Source: Schmidtea polychroa
Taxonomy: Eukaryota
NCBI GenBank assembly: GCA_044892525.1
Contig: CM097885.1
Coordinates: 44,146,001-44,210,000 of the forward strand
Reading direction: 5' to 3'
Length of the DNA: 64,000 nt
Shown here: positions 53,332 to 64,000 of the stretch, piece by piece
Position numbering within the stretch: the first letter of the stretch is position 1
Layout: each line of letters begins with the position of its first letter
Position numbers and translations under genes: made by a program
Notes under the pieces: model-generated
Told to the model about the DNA's origin: nothing
Databases searched by the model: none
What the model saw: only the letters and a program-made list of their open reading frames with translations

Positions 53332-53870
53332 GCCTTAAAAATAAAAAAACCGCCGAAATTATTATATGATATTTGAAATTTTGATGCATTTGAACAAAAT
53401 CCTTAGATCAAAGAAAAAAGTTTTATTTTTAAATTATCAATTTTTGTAGATTATAATTCAGTTATAAGTTATAACTATAACTATTAAAACTAAAATGTCG
53501 GTATAAATGTCGGTATAAATGTCGGTAATAATTCTTTAGTTTAAAATTTAATGGCTTTCATTGACAACAGTAGATTTCAATATAAATTTAAGCCTACAAA
53601 TAATGTTTTACATCGGGATTATTCAGTATTTGAAATAAAATTATTAGATTAAATATTATTAAATAATAATCGCATGCAAGCTTAATAATTAACAGTAAAC
53701 CAAATGACATACGCTAAGATCACTAAGATTTATTATAATTCCAAATGAGGTAATCAGTATTTACAAACTATCCTACGATGACACATCGAATGCAAAATAT
53801 ACAGTTAAGAACCGGAAAAGATCCTGCACCTGGAATCGAAAGGAATTACAGTCTAGGTTCGAGGGGTTAT

Positions 53871-54638
53871 TTAGAGGAACACTTCCCGCTCGGCCAACAT
53901 AGTATCGATGTCCATTGGAAGTCGGCTATCTTCTGGAAATTTCGTCCATCCTGCTGGAACGAAGCGGTATATCTCTTTTGTTGGTGACGCCTGTTTCTGT
54001 GAGATCTCCTTGAGCGAGGTTTGAGCGACGGATAATGAAGCTTCCAATGCCGCGATGGTGTCTCGGCGCTTCTGGTTTTTCTCTGTGCGCGAAGGGCGTT
54101 TACGCTTCTTCGGAGCCGAAGTGGGGGCTGAAGCAGATTGGAGAGTCGACGGCGCTGAAGATACGCCCGGAACTATAGCGGACTGGAGATTCGATGCCTT
54201 AGTAGTTCCCGATAGAATCGGTTCGCTGATGGGTGGCAACTGGAATCCATGGCCTGCACAACTGGTCGACAGTCGTGACCAACTGTCACTCTGATGGTGA
54301 ATCGGGAACACGTTAGTTCCATCCTGAATTGGATATTCTCGTACCTTCTTTGAAATTTCGGCTTCAGTATAAACCTTGTGAAGCGCTTCCGATTGGGCTT
54401 TGATTGTTAGCCGCTGACACCGGCTTTTTTCCAGGAGACTGTCTCGGCAGTGCTCCAATCTCAAGATTTTCGTCCTTTCTTCTTTCATCTGTGACGTGGA
54501 GAACCACGTGCCTTCATACGTATCTATGCGTTTTTTGAGAGCCTCTATGTAAATGTGGAGTTTCCGAATATCTTCATTCTTGTTTGCGCAAGAGAAGCAC
54601 GGTGGGAGTTCTTTGTTCAATGAGCTGGGTACTGACAT
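53871..54638 (-). CDS. Unknown 255-aa protein (CxxC, predicted coiled-coil segments, S/P/A-rich linker, basic PKKRKRP motif)
   Basis: Open frame with GC content well above the flanks. ATG lies two bases after a strong acceptor (ttttcttctttatag|atATG); AATAAA follows the stop (~53730). Confidence 0.65.
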   Translation of the reverse strand: MSVPSSLNKELPPCFSCANKNEDIRKLHIYIEALKKRIDTYEGTWFSTSQMKEERTKILRLEHCRDSLLEKSRCQRLTIKAQSEALHKVYTEAEISKKVREYPIQDGTNVFPIHHQSDSWSRLSTSCAGHGFQLPPISEPILSGTTKASNLQSAIVPGVSSAPSTLQSASAPTSAPKKRKRPSRTEKNQKRRDTIAALEASLSVAQTSLKEISQKQASPTKEIYRFVPAGWTKFPEDSRLPMDIDTMLAEREVFL

Positions 54639-55289
54639 ATCTATAAAGAAGAAAATTTTTGTCATAGTCGAGATGGGGTCAGATAGATTTAGAAAAATGT
54701 CTTGTTAAGCTCTCGGCTTTACTCTAAGGAGAAGTTACATATCCAATCATCGTCTACATGTTCTTGGTAGATAAATATTTCTCGCAAAATCGTTGAATTC
54801 ATCATTTGTTCAATGTTTTTATTCTTCATTGGATCTTTTCTATACCTTCAAAATAATGTTTGGCATTCCTCGGCATCATGATTGAACTCCCAGACAGCAC
54901 CATCGCCAGTACCGTGAAGAAGAAATAAGTCCTCGGTATTAAAAAAATAAATTTTATTAGATTAAATCATTCAAATTTCTACTATATATCTTCGTTATAT
55001 CAATTAAATCATGAAAAACAATTTCAAACCATACCCAAATTTTCGAAATCGAATTAATAGAGCTGAATCGGTTATGAGCTGTCTCGTAGAATCTCCTTAA
55101 CAATTCGGATTTCCAAAAGAGAATCTTATCTTTACAATCGATTCTGATGAATAGTTAGTGATGGTTATTTCTTCCTAGTTGAATGATTTTATCATGCTGT
55201 GATATCGGTATCAAGTCTATGGATTTTCCTGTGATGATCTGTAGTGATTTTTGCAGAGTGGTCAAATGATTATGAACTAAAAACTTTTA

Positions 55290-55365
55290 CCTGTAGTGAT
55301 TTTTGCAGAGTGGTAATTAACTGAATTGTGCGTTTGCTTATATATTAATTTTGGTCCAATCAGGA
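55290..55365 (-). promoter_or_regulatory. Pol II core promoter: reverse CCAAT, TATA, Inr-like TCAGTT, short leader exon
   Basis: Minus strand reads ctgattggaccaaaattaatatataagcaaacgcacaattcagttaattaccactctgcaaaaatcactacag|gtaaaag. Confidence 0.6.
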
Positions 55366-58300
55366 CGGAGTTGTGGTGCTTTTTAATTAATTATTGTTAT
55401 TTTTTGATTTTTTTAATTGTTTCAATAAATTTTATTTATCGTTGTTTTATTGTTATTTTATTGTTTTATTAAAAACGTTATATTTTCTCTGCTTTTTTCT
55501 AGATTTTCATTGTCTCTTTTAGGCGTAATAGTTTGTTTTAATTCTTCGTACAAGTTCGGTTAAAAAATTATTTTATTTTTGGATTTGGTTTTTTTGCATT
55601 TTATTTTCCTAAATTTGGTTTTATTACATTATTTTCTCCTTTTGTTAGTTACACGTAGTTAATACCTTATTTCCTATGATTATTCCTATTTCCAATGATT
55701 TTTATTTTTTAATTGTTTTGTTTTTCTTTTACTGTTTATTTCGGTTTCTCCTGATGGATTTTTCTTTAATTTTTAGTTATTTTGATTTAATTCGGTTAGG
55801 GTTGCCTTTACTTGTCTATTTTACTTTTACTTGGCTTTTTCTTTCATGCCCGATTCAGCTCCATCTTATATTGTAACTTCGAGGTTTAGCCCAACAATAG
55901 GCTGATAGAAATTCTATTCTATTAATTATAGTACAGAGACTAGGGTTGTCACCTCTTTGGATTTCAGTGAGTTATCTCCGAGCTCCGGATTATTGTTTCC
56001 GGGTGAGACTCAGATCTAAGGTTGTAACACTATTTGTTTAAAAGATAGTTTTTAACATTTTTTGATTCATATCTGATGATCCATTTTAGTTTATAGAAAT
56101 ATATCGTAAAAATGGATGTTTGAGTGACGCCTTTTGTTAATGTGAAATTAACATTTATTTTATTTTCGTTGTGGCTACATAAATTCTATGTAACTCGAAT
56201 TGCAAGCACTGGCTTTTTTAAAATTTACTCATGAAAAGGAGCATGTCAAATTTGTGTTACCCAAAGTAAAATTAGATATTTTGGAATGAAAATAAAAAAG
56301 CATAAGTCAAAGGTTTTCAATCCTTTTTGGTAGCGGATCACTATTTTGTTTTCTTCGCAATATGAAAAATGAGTTTAAAATAACAGATATTCACACAAAA
56401 TACATTTATTTTTTATACCAATATACACTGAATTTCAAAATAAAATTTTAATAAAGAAATTTTTATGCAGCTGTGGAGCACACATTGAAAACCATTGGCA
56501 TAAGTGAGGAAAAAAACAAACGATATTTAAAAATATCTAAAAGCCGATTACAATTATTTTTCACAATAGACCTATTTTCAAATATAAACATCAACTCTAA
56601 TAAAAAACGAGTCCAATATTTTACCGAAAAAATTTAATGAAATTCAATTTTAAAGACCCTTTAATTTTTATGCACAAAACGCCAGACAGTCGAAAGGTCC
56701 GAATATAAGAATATTCTTGTTTCTTAATAATACTACTGGGGAAAAGCGTCTTATATTCGAGCTGATATGGTAATTTGTCTGATTATGAAGAATAGTTTCT
56801 GATTTATGGACGTTCAATTTAAATCAAAAAATACAATAAGGAAGAAAGTCACTTAAAGTCATTTTCATGACATTAAGGACACAGTATTGTCAACGAGGAT
56901 CGCCTTTTAAATATTGTCAATGTGCAGGTGGATCTCAGCAAGAAATCAGAGGTAAGAAATTACCATTGAATCATTTTTAAAATCACTAAGGTTCATTGTG
57001 AAATGACATAACCTATTATATAGTTTTGGATAAAGATGATAAAGATAATGAATATTTAGTGATAACTATTTCTTACCACTTTGTTCATTCTACATATTTT
57101 CTATAAATCTCTAAATTTGTGTGAATAGTATAGTTGAATAGTTGAATCAACAACAGTTCAAAATTGTTGTTAAAACTTCAAATTACTGATTTTCCTAGAG
57201 TTGAAACTTCCACAGTCCGAGTGAGTTCATAGAATCTTCTAACTAGAGGCCATTTTAATAATCTTTGACACCGTAGCTCATTTCACAACGATTATTCCCA
57301 ACCACTTCCTCAACATAAATAGAAAACTACTTTAACATTCTTTTGTCAGAGTTCTTGGCAAATAAATTAACTAAACCTTTGTCTGTCTGTTGGGAATTTC
57401 GTTTTTTTTCAATAATATTTTCATAATTTCCTAGCTAAATTTTTAAATTTCTACACATGAAAACATTACAAAGAAGAAAAATCACAGCAGATGAATTTTG
57501 TGTTCACAACTGGGTCTTTAGAGTCGACACTTCAGAGAAGACAAAGACCATTAGTGAAATCGTTGTTTCGGATGTCACTAGAAGTGTTTCAGACAATGGC
57601 GTCTCGTACTCAAAAATTTTGTGAAAGCAATAAAAAATATTCAAAAAAACATTTTTATTTATATAAAAACTGAATTCTTCTTGTTTTTCTACAAAATTCT
57701 TTAATTACTAAATCATAAAAATTGTTTTTAGTAGCCAAAAGTTCTTTTTAAAAGATATTAAAAATTTAAAATATAGAATTTTTCAAAATTGAAGTGCAAG
57801 CACTGGTTTCAGAGTAACAAAATATTCACTAGTTGGTTAATAAAATTCTTGAGAAGGTCACCAGTATGTTTTCTTGTCAAAATATAAAACAAATGAGGAG
57901 TGCTTTGTCGCCACAGATAGTTTGTAAACTAAGAAAGATGTGATTTCGTCTGTCATAATTAATCATCTATATAAATTAAATTTGCGACTGACATTCACAA
58001 ATCAACGGTACTTATGGAGAAATCTCTTAATCATGATTGATGAGTTTATATTATTTATGCAAATAATGTTTTTTTCATTGAAGATAAAACACATTAAGTT
58101 AATTTTGCCTGAAGAAAACGAACGTTAGTAATAAATTATATTCGAAGTGAATGTGAGACTCATATTAGAAATATTAAAATTGTGTTGTAAAAAAAGCTTC
58201 AATATTGTTGAGTTTTAGTTATAAAATAAGGAGCACTCGGAAATCAGCATTGTTGTATTATTTCTTTAGAAACTTTTAGAAATCCAACATCCACGACTCC

Positions 58301-59565
58301 ATTATTAATACCGAATTATTCAGTGATGCTGACATTCTTTTCTTATATGGAACAAGAAATGTAAATGGAAAGTTTCTATATTGTTACCCATGTGAAAGTG
58401 TGAAACAGTGGAACATTTATTATAGAAAGAATACTTTGTTTAGCTGATAATTTATTACAAAACTAAGTAAAATAAAAATCTTTCGTTTTATTATTTACTT
58501 GATTAAATGAGTCCGCGTGCACTGTATATGCGCTAGAAGCCGATATATGACAAATTGTGTTTATTATAATAAGAACTGTATTTAGTTGAATCTACATTTA
58601 GTACCATACGTACCCTTTTTTAATGAAAATTGCTATAAATAATCGAACAAAGTATTTAAATACTAATTTTGGCAACTTAAAATGAAAATTCTATTCAAAA
58701 TGTGAATAACTATTACGGGTCTTTTTGTTTATTCTAAATAAAATTGAAAAATGAGCCATTATGCAATAGTTATAATGTATATTCAATGTGAAAACATCGT
58801 GAAAAGAGAATTACATGTAGTAACAGTTTGACAGCCACCTGCCTCATTTCTCCATAGAGACCGATGTCTCATATATGAGCCGCAAATATAAGAATTATAT
58901 TTATTTCCTCATATTAATTGTTTTTCTTTAGATACTAATCTCAAATGTCACGCCTCATATGTAAGTTTTGTGGTCTACCTAAAAAAATTAATTTAAATAG
59001 ATAAGCGACTCAAACATGAGTTATTCAAAAAATGGTAATGGTCTTGACGAAAGATTTTTCATTTTCAGTCAATATGTTAAAAATATATTTGCAAAATTTA
59101 AAGTTTTTATTTAGATGTCCACGAAAGGACCGAAAGGAATTATTGAATTAGTTCTCCATGATACACTCAGCCTTTTTTTATTTCCTTTTGCTACTTGAAA
59201 TTCTTTCTTAATTTTTTGATCAAGATGAAGAAACTTGTTTGAAAAGGAAATCTTATCTTAACTAAACGTAAAATGGAATTGTTTGTATTTTCTAGTCTAT
59301 TCGACATAAGGATTAATCTAATTGTTTTAAATGATGATTTACTTGACGAAGAATGTATTTTATTCAATGAGTGTGATTCGTTAACTAAAACTATAAAAAT
59401 GGATAATTTTGGATACATAAAATGAATATCAATCCAAATATTTACTCAGTACTATTTTTTAAATTTAGATTTTTTAATTCTGTTTTTTAACAATAATCTT
59501 TATAAAATTCAAAAATCTTAAAATGTTATGATAATGAACAGTATTTTAATTCGCATTCTAATTAA

Positions 59566-59920
59566 TTTGATACTTCCGTGTTATCTTACCCCCAAAAATT
59601 AAATTATAAAATACAATTAAAATAACAATATAAAAAATGAGAGAATACATTATTGATGACGTTATTGAACATAAATTTATTAAGGCTATCTGTGATTTAT
59701 GTGAGTTTATGTGGCGCAAACGTGTTCTAAGCAACATTGCCGATGTGTTTGACACTATTCTCAACGACATTGTGGTTTTCTGGCCACCTGGATGACCATT
59801 TACAAACTCTTTACAAACATTTGCTGAGTTTGTAACTGTGATCTAGAAAAAAAATATAATAATTATATGTGTTCTTTTTTAATTTAATTTTATGGGGTAA
59901 GATAACACGGAAGTACCAAA
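59566..59920. mobile_element. MITE-like element with ~40-bp inverted ends
   Basis: tttgatacttccgtgttatcttacccccaaaaattaaatta versus taatttaattttatggggtaagataacacggaagtaccaaa; no clear TSD. Confidence 0.65.
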
Positions 59921-60553
59921 AATTTAATTAGAAAATTTATTTTTCACAATTTCATTACATTTTTTTACAATAGATTGCGCACGCGGTAGGTTTTTCCAAG
60001 AAAATTTAGGGAGTCCATGAATTTTCAATTTAAGCTCAAGGAGCCGAAGCATTAATAGATTAAAGCACTTGTGAAACCAATTACTGTGAATTGTTTTAAC
60101 AACAGTTTCGTCGTATATATCCTGATTAATGTAAAAAAGAATACAATGATAGGGACAATTGCAACATCTGAATAGCATTGTTTGTTTCAAGTGGAAAAAA
60201 GTAGTCACATGGGTAGCGAGTATAATTTAAAACAAATTCTTGAATGAAATTCCATATTTTGCTAATAAATTCCAAATAGAATTATGGAAGTCTTACTCCA
60301 AAGATTAGGAATAAATAATTTCTTCTTTAGAAAGCATAATTTTCAATATATAAAAATAACTAATTATATTTGTTAATTAATAAATTATAAAATTCCAAAT
60401 TAATCAAAAATTGTCTAAATTTCTAATAAAAAATAAATTAGTGATGGGCAATTTATTTTATTTACAAAACGAAACAAACTAACGAGATACATCATCATAA
60501 ATATATCAAATTTATTCACAAAAAATATACAAATAGTTTTTCTCTGTCATGAA

Positions 60554-62481
60554 CTAACATTCAAACTCCTTCTGTGTGATTGCGTTTAAATCTTTCATTA
60601 ATCCTTCAAGATTTGCCATTTCCTGACTCAGCTCTTCAGTGCTAAATCCCTTCTGAATTATTGAACAAAATGTAAAACAAATTACGATAATAATTTAATT
60701 TATTCGGTAAACAATCGCCTAATTAAATTAAGAAAATACGTACTGTTACTTCACTCTCTGACTGACTCGAATCAATTCCAGATTTTATTACGTCTGAATT
60801 CCTCAATGTGTCTGCATGAGACTTATTTGATACAGAGGTCTTCTGGGATTTCCCAGTACTATTGCCAGCACTTCCGTAATATTGAAACATATCACCTTTT
60901 CATTTACAGAATGAAATTCGAATAGAATTATAAAATATATACTTACTGTCACTCACTCTTGAACAATTCATCATTACAGGCCTGATATCCTCTATAAATA
61001 CAATAATATTTTAAATTAAATAAGAATTTTTAATAAAATCATAATAATATCAACTTTTAAAATCAATTTGTCGATAGCAAAATCATTTATTAAAATATAA
61101 CAGGTTAAAACGTAAGTAATGGTCGTTTATGTTGTGTTTAAAATGACGCTGTAAAAATAAAATTTATTGGCATAATGTTTTATGTTATTCGAAAGAGAAG
61201 TTTTCCCTCTACAAGATGGCATATTTGATTTTTTTTGTCTGAGCTAATTTTTGTTATTTTTCAGATCATTAAAATCAAGTGTCAAGTCGACAAAAGTAAG
61301 CAATTTCGGTACCTTCTTTATGCGTTTAATCGAGGTACCGATGCTGCAGAAATTGCCCGAGAGATTAGTGAAGTGTGTCGAGAAGGTGCAATGCCTGAAC
61401 GAACTGCAAAAAATTGGTTTGCCAAATTCAAAAATGGAAAATTCAAAATGATGAGAGCTTTTGAATCAACTTCTGTACGAAGACGCGACTCAAACCACTC
61501 GAGAGTTAGTTGAACGAATTTGTTGTAGCCCAATGACTATAGTTCAACATCGTAAGTCTATGGAGAAAGTTCAAAACCATGAGCTTGGGTCCCACACTTT
61601 TTGAACGAAAACAACAAAAACAAACGATCCACGATTTCGACCGGTTTGCTAGCCCGCCATTGCTCAACTCATGGACACAAAAAGCACTTTCTTTACTGAA
61701 TTGCTACGGGCAACAAAAAATTATGTCTATATGTCATCATGAAGCAGCGCAAAGAATGGTTAAGCTCGGGCGAACAAGCGACACCGCGAGAAAATAGAGA
61801 TCTTCATTTTGGAAAGAGGATGTTATGCGTTTGGTGGGACTGGAAGGGCATTATTCACTATGAATTGCTTGACCGAAACCAAACAGTAAACTCAGAGCTT
61901 TATGTTCAACAGAAACACGGCCTCAATAACGCTATTCTACAAAAACGACCCAATCGACAATATGGCGTTCTCCTGCTACACGACAACGCTCGTCCTCATG
62001 TCGCCAATGTAACCCAGGCAGTCATTATAACACTCGAGTGGGAAATACTACCTCAACCTCCGTATTTTCCGGACTTTGCGCCTTCAGATTTCTACCTCTT
62101 TCGGTCACTTTCGAACGCTTTGCATGGAGTTTCTTTCACCAATGATGTGAAATTGCGATGTTTGTTGGACGAGTCTTTCGAATCAAGTCATCGAAAAACT
62201 TATTGAGGAATTCGTAAACAACGGCGGAGAATATATTGTTTTTTGTTTTGTTAAAAAGAAATTATTTTAATTAAAAAAACGACAATTACTTATGTTTCGA
62301 CACAATAATTCAAATAAATAATTTAATTATTTCAAAAGTAACGTTAAAGTAAGATTTAAAGTATGTTTTAAATATAAGAAAAACCAATTTATTTAAATTT
62401 TTATTATTCTAAAATCTGGGTATTACTTTTCCCCTAAAATTTGTAATGGCTTACATAGCTATTTATCTTAATTATATTTCG

Positions 62482-62527
<46 letters not shown>

Positions 62528-62649
62528 AATAAAATGATAATTTAAGCCTTTTGCTTAACAAGATTGACAAGATTGACAAGGACTATCGTATAGTCGAAAA
62601 TTCTTTCATTAAATACATTATTTGCAGCAAAAGGCTTAAATTATCATTT

Positions 62650-62704
<55 letters not shown>

Positions 62705-63635
62705 TTAATAATAAATCAGCGAAATCGGCCGTTTGATCTATTATAGAATTTGATGTAAGAATTTTTGAAGATGCTTCTTATTTTTAACATATAAATAATT
62801 ATAATTAGATGAAATTTAAATAAAAAAAAGTTTCAGAACTTTTAAGAATAAAAATTAAAACACAACTATATTTATATTTTGAATTATATTTAAAAAGTTA
62901 TTTATTTATTTTGAGTTTAAATTTAAAAGTTTAAATCAATGAAAAGGGAGAAAATTAATTTAAAAGATAAATTAAGAAACACCTGAATTATCTTATCATT
63001 TACTTGTTTAAATAATAATACGGCTATCCCCAATTTACATAGTAGATCGGTTCCTAAGAATTCTATGTAAATCGAAACAATGTGAATGAGAACAAGGATA
63101 TAGTACATTTGGAAAGGATTGGTTTCAACATTATAATAAACTCAAAAATTGAACCTAGAAACCAATGAAAACTGAAATGTTAAGTAAAAAATTGCAAAGT
63201 TTGTAATAAAACCAAAAGAAATTCATAAGTAATTTTATAAAACATAGTGTATTATTGAATTTTAATCATCAGAATTCTTGAATATTGAACAATATTAGTT
63301 AAAATCCTTAAAACCGTGTAAAATCGAAAAAGTGTAAAAAAAGTACTGTGTAAATCGGGAGATAGGTGTAATAGTACTAATAATAATAATAAAAATACCT
63401 GAACTTGTATGAGATGCCAATTCACTCGCATTTACCCTTGGTGTATTTGAGAAATTAGCTGGACTGTGAACTTCATGGGGTGTTGGTATCATTTGTGGAG
63501 GTAAATGAATAGGTTGAAGACATGACGATGAACAAATTGGCATTCCAGGCCCAGTGCTGAGTAAATGTTGAGTAAATGGATGACCCTGGTAAGCAAATAC
63601 AGAATTTTGATGAGGTTGCCTCTGCAAGCTATTAT
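60554..63635 (-). CDS. DCC: DCC/frazzled/neogenin-family netrin receptor, last four exons (gene continues beyond the window)
   Basis: Exons 63635-63399, 60991-60947, 60895-60744, 60652-60554 with compatible phases. The C-terminus EELSQEMANLEGLMKDLNAITQKEFEC* is the DCC/frazzled P3 motif. Confidence 0.9.
61100..62305 (+). mobile_element. Decayed mariner (Tc1/mariner) element in the DCC intron
   Basis: TA on both sides; diverged 29-bp TIRs (aaacgtaagtaatggtcgttt / aaacgacaattacttatgttt). Transposase fragments NWFAKFKNG, WVPH, MLCVWWD, LLHDNARPH, PYFPDFAPSDFYLF; frameshifted. Confidence 0.92.
62529..62652. mobile_element. 124-bp MITE within an (AAT)n tract
   Basis: Perfect 27-bp inverted repeat ataaaatgataatttaagccttttgct / agcaaaaggcttaaattatcattttat, with AAT runs on both sides. 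Confidence 0.7.
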
Positions 63636-64000
63636 CTGGAATACAAAATTTACAATATGCTTATATCATATGTTTATATATAAAACTTGGAAAAAAGAAA
63701 TAAAAATAATTTTTTAAATTAATTAGATTTTAAAAGGTTGTATATCATTGATAAGAAAAACAAATAAATGGAACATTCTAAATTCAATAATTTTTTGAAA
63801 TTTTCAAAAATATTAAATATAATCCTATAGTTAGGATACTTAAATTTGAATATGACAACTTTGAAATTATGATGAAATATCCCACCAAACTGGAACCATT
63901 CATAATCTAAAAGATTTTGACTTCAAACTCCAATGAACCTTACATGATGAAATAAAATCAACTTATGGAATTAAATGAATACATTTCATTTATCTTCACT

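Larger units (their letters stand above)
53604..55896 (-). mobile_element. LTR-like unit (~2.3 kb) containing a transcription unit
   Basis: Minus strand starts tgttgggctaa at 55896 and shares U3 blocks with the solo LTR at 7036. Tentative end AAAACA at 53604 with a 3/4 TSD match (ataa/atag). Confidence 0.5.

Noticed and set aside
56600..58350. Scattered splice-like signals and short ORFs on the plus strand
   Set aside because: I could not assemble a consistent reading frame or recognisable product.
59110..59420. Weak OTU-like peptide (ELFVFSSLFDIRI) and the minus-strand 75-aa ORF
   Set aside because: Too short and broken; no catalytic motifs seen.
62923..63160. Possible extra DCC exon or SP-RING-like CSHSHCFDL peptide
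   Set aside because: No convincing acceptor gives an open compatible frame, and exon 63399 joins 60991 in phase without it.

Overview
AT-rich eukaryotic (metazoan) DNA with 43-70 nt introns and (AAT)n microsatellites; a planarian-like flatworm is plausible but this is inference. Three host genes lie on the minus strand: a complete 9-exon glycogen synthase (17105-19952), a complete 9-exon sorbitol dehydrogenase spread over 21.8 kb (31505-53331), and the last four exons of a DCC/frazzled/neogenin netrin receptor (60554-63635). The rest is dense, nested mobile DNA: a gag-only LTR element, TGTT..AACA LTR/solo-LTR units, several hAT elements, mariner, Tigger/pogo, piggyBac and Mutator-type MITEs, and a Polinton-type DNA polymerase relic. 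The most striking feature is a 10.8-kb Polinton/Maverick-like element (40151-50912; AGTAG termini, 6-bp TSD) inside a hAT transposon inside SORD intron 3. Its terminal inverted repeats are about 3 kb long and are built from arrays of TGACTCA and TCAAGGTCA motifs, and its core carries a spliced, damaged IAP-type RING gene. Second is a ~2.3-kb LTR-like unit (53604-55896) containing its own spliced transcription unit and an intact 255-aa ORF, just upstream of SORD. All coordinates and counts were read by eye.
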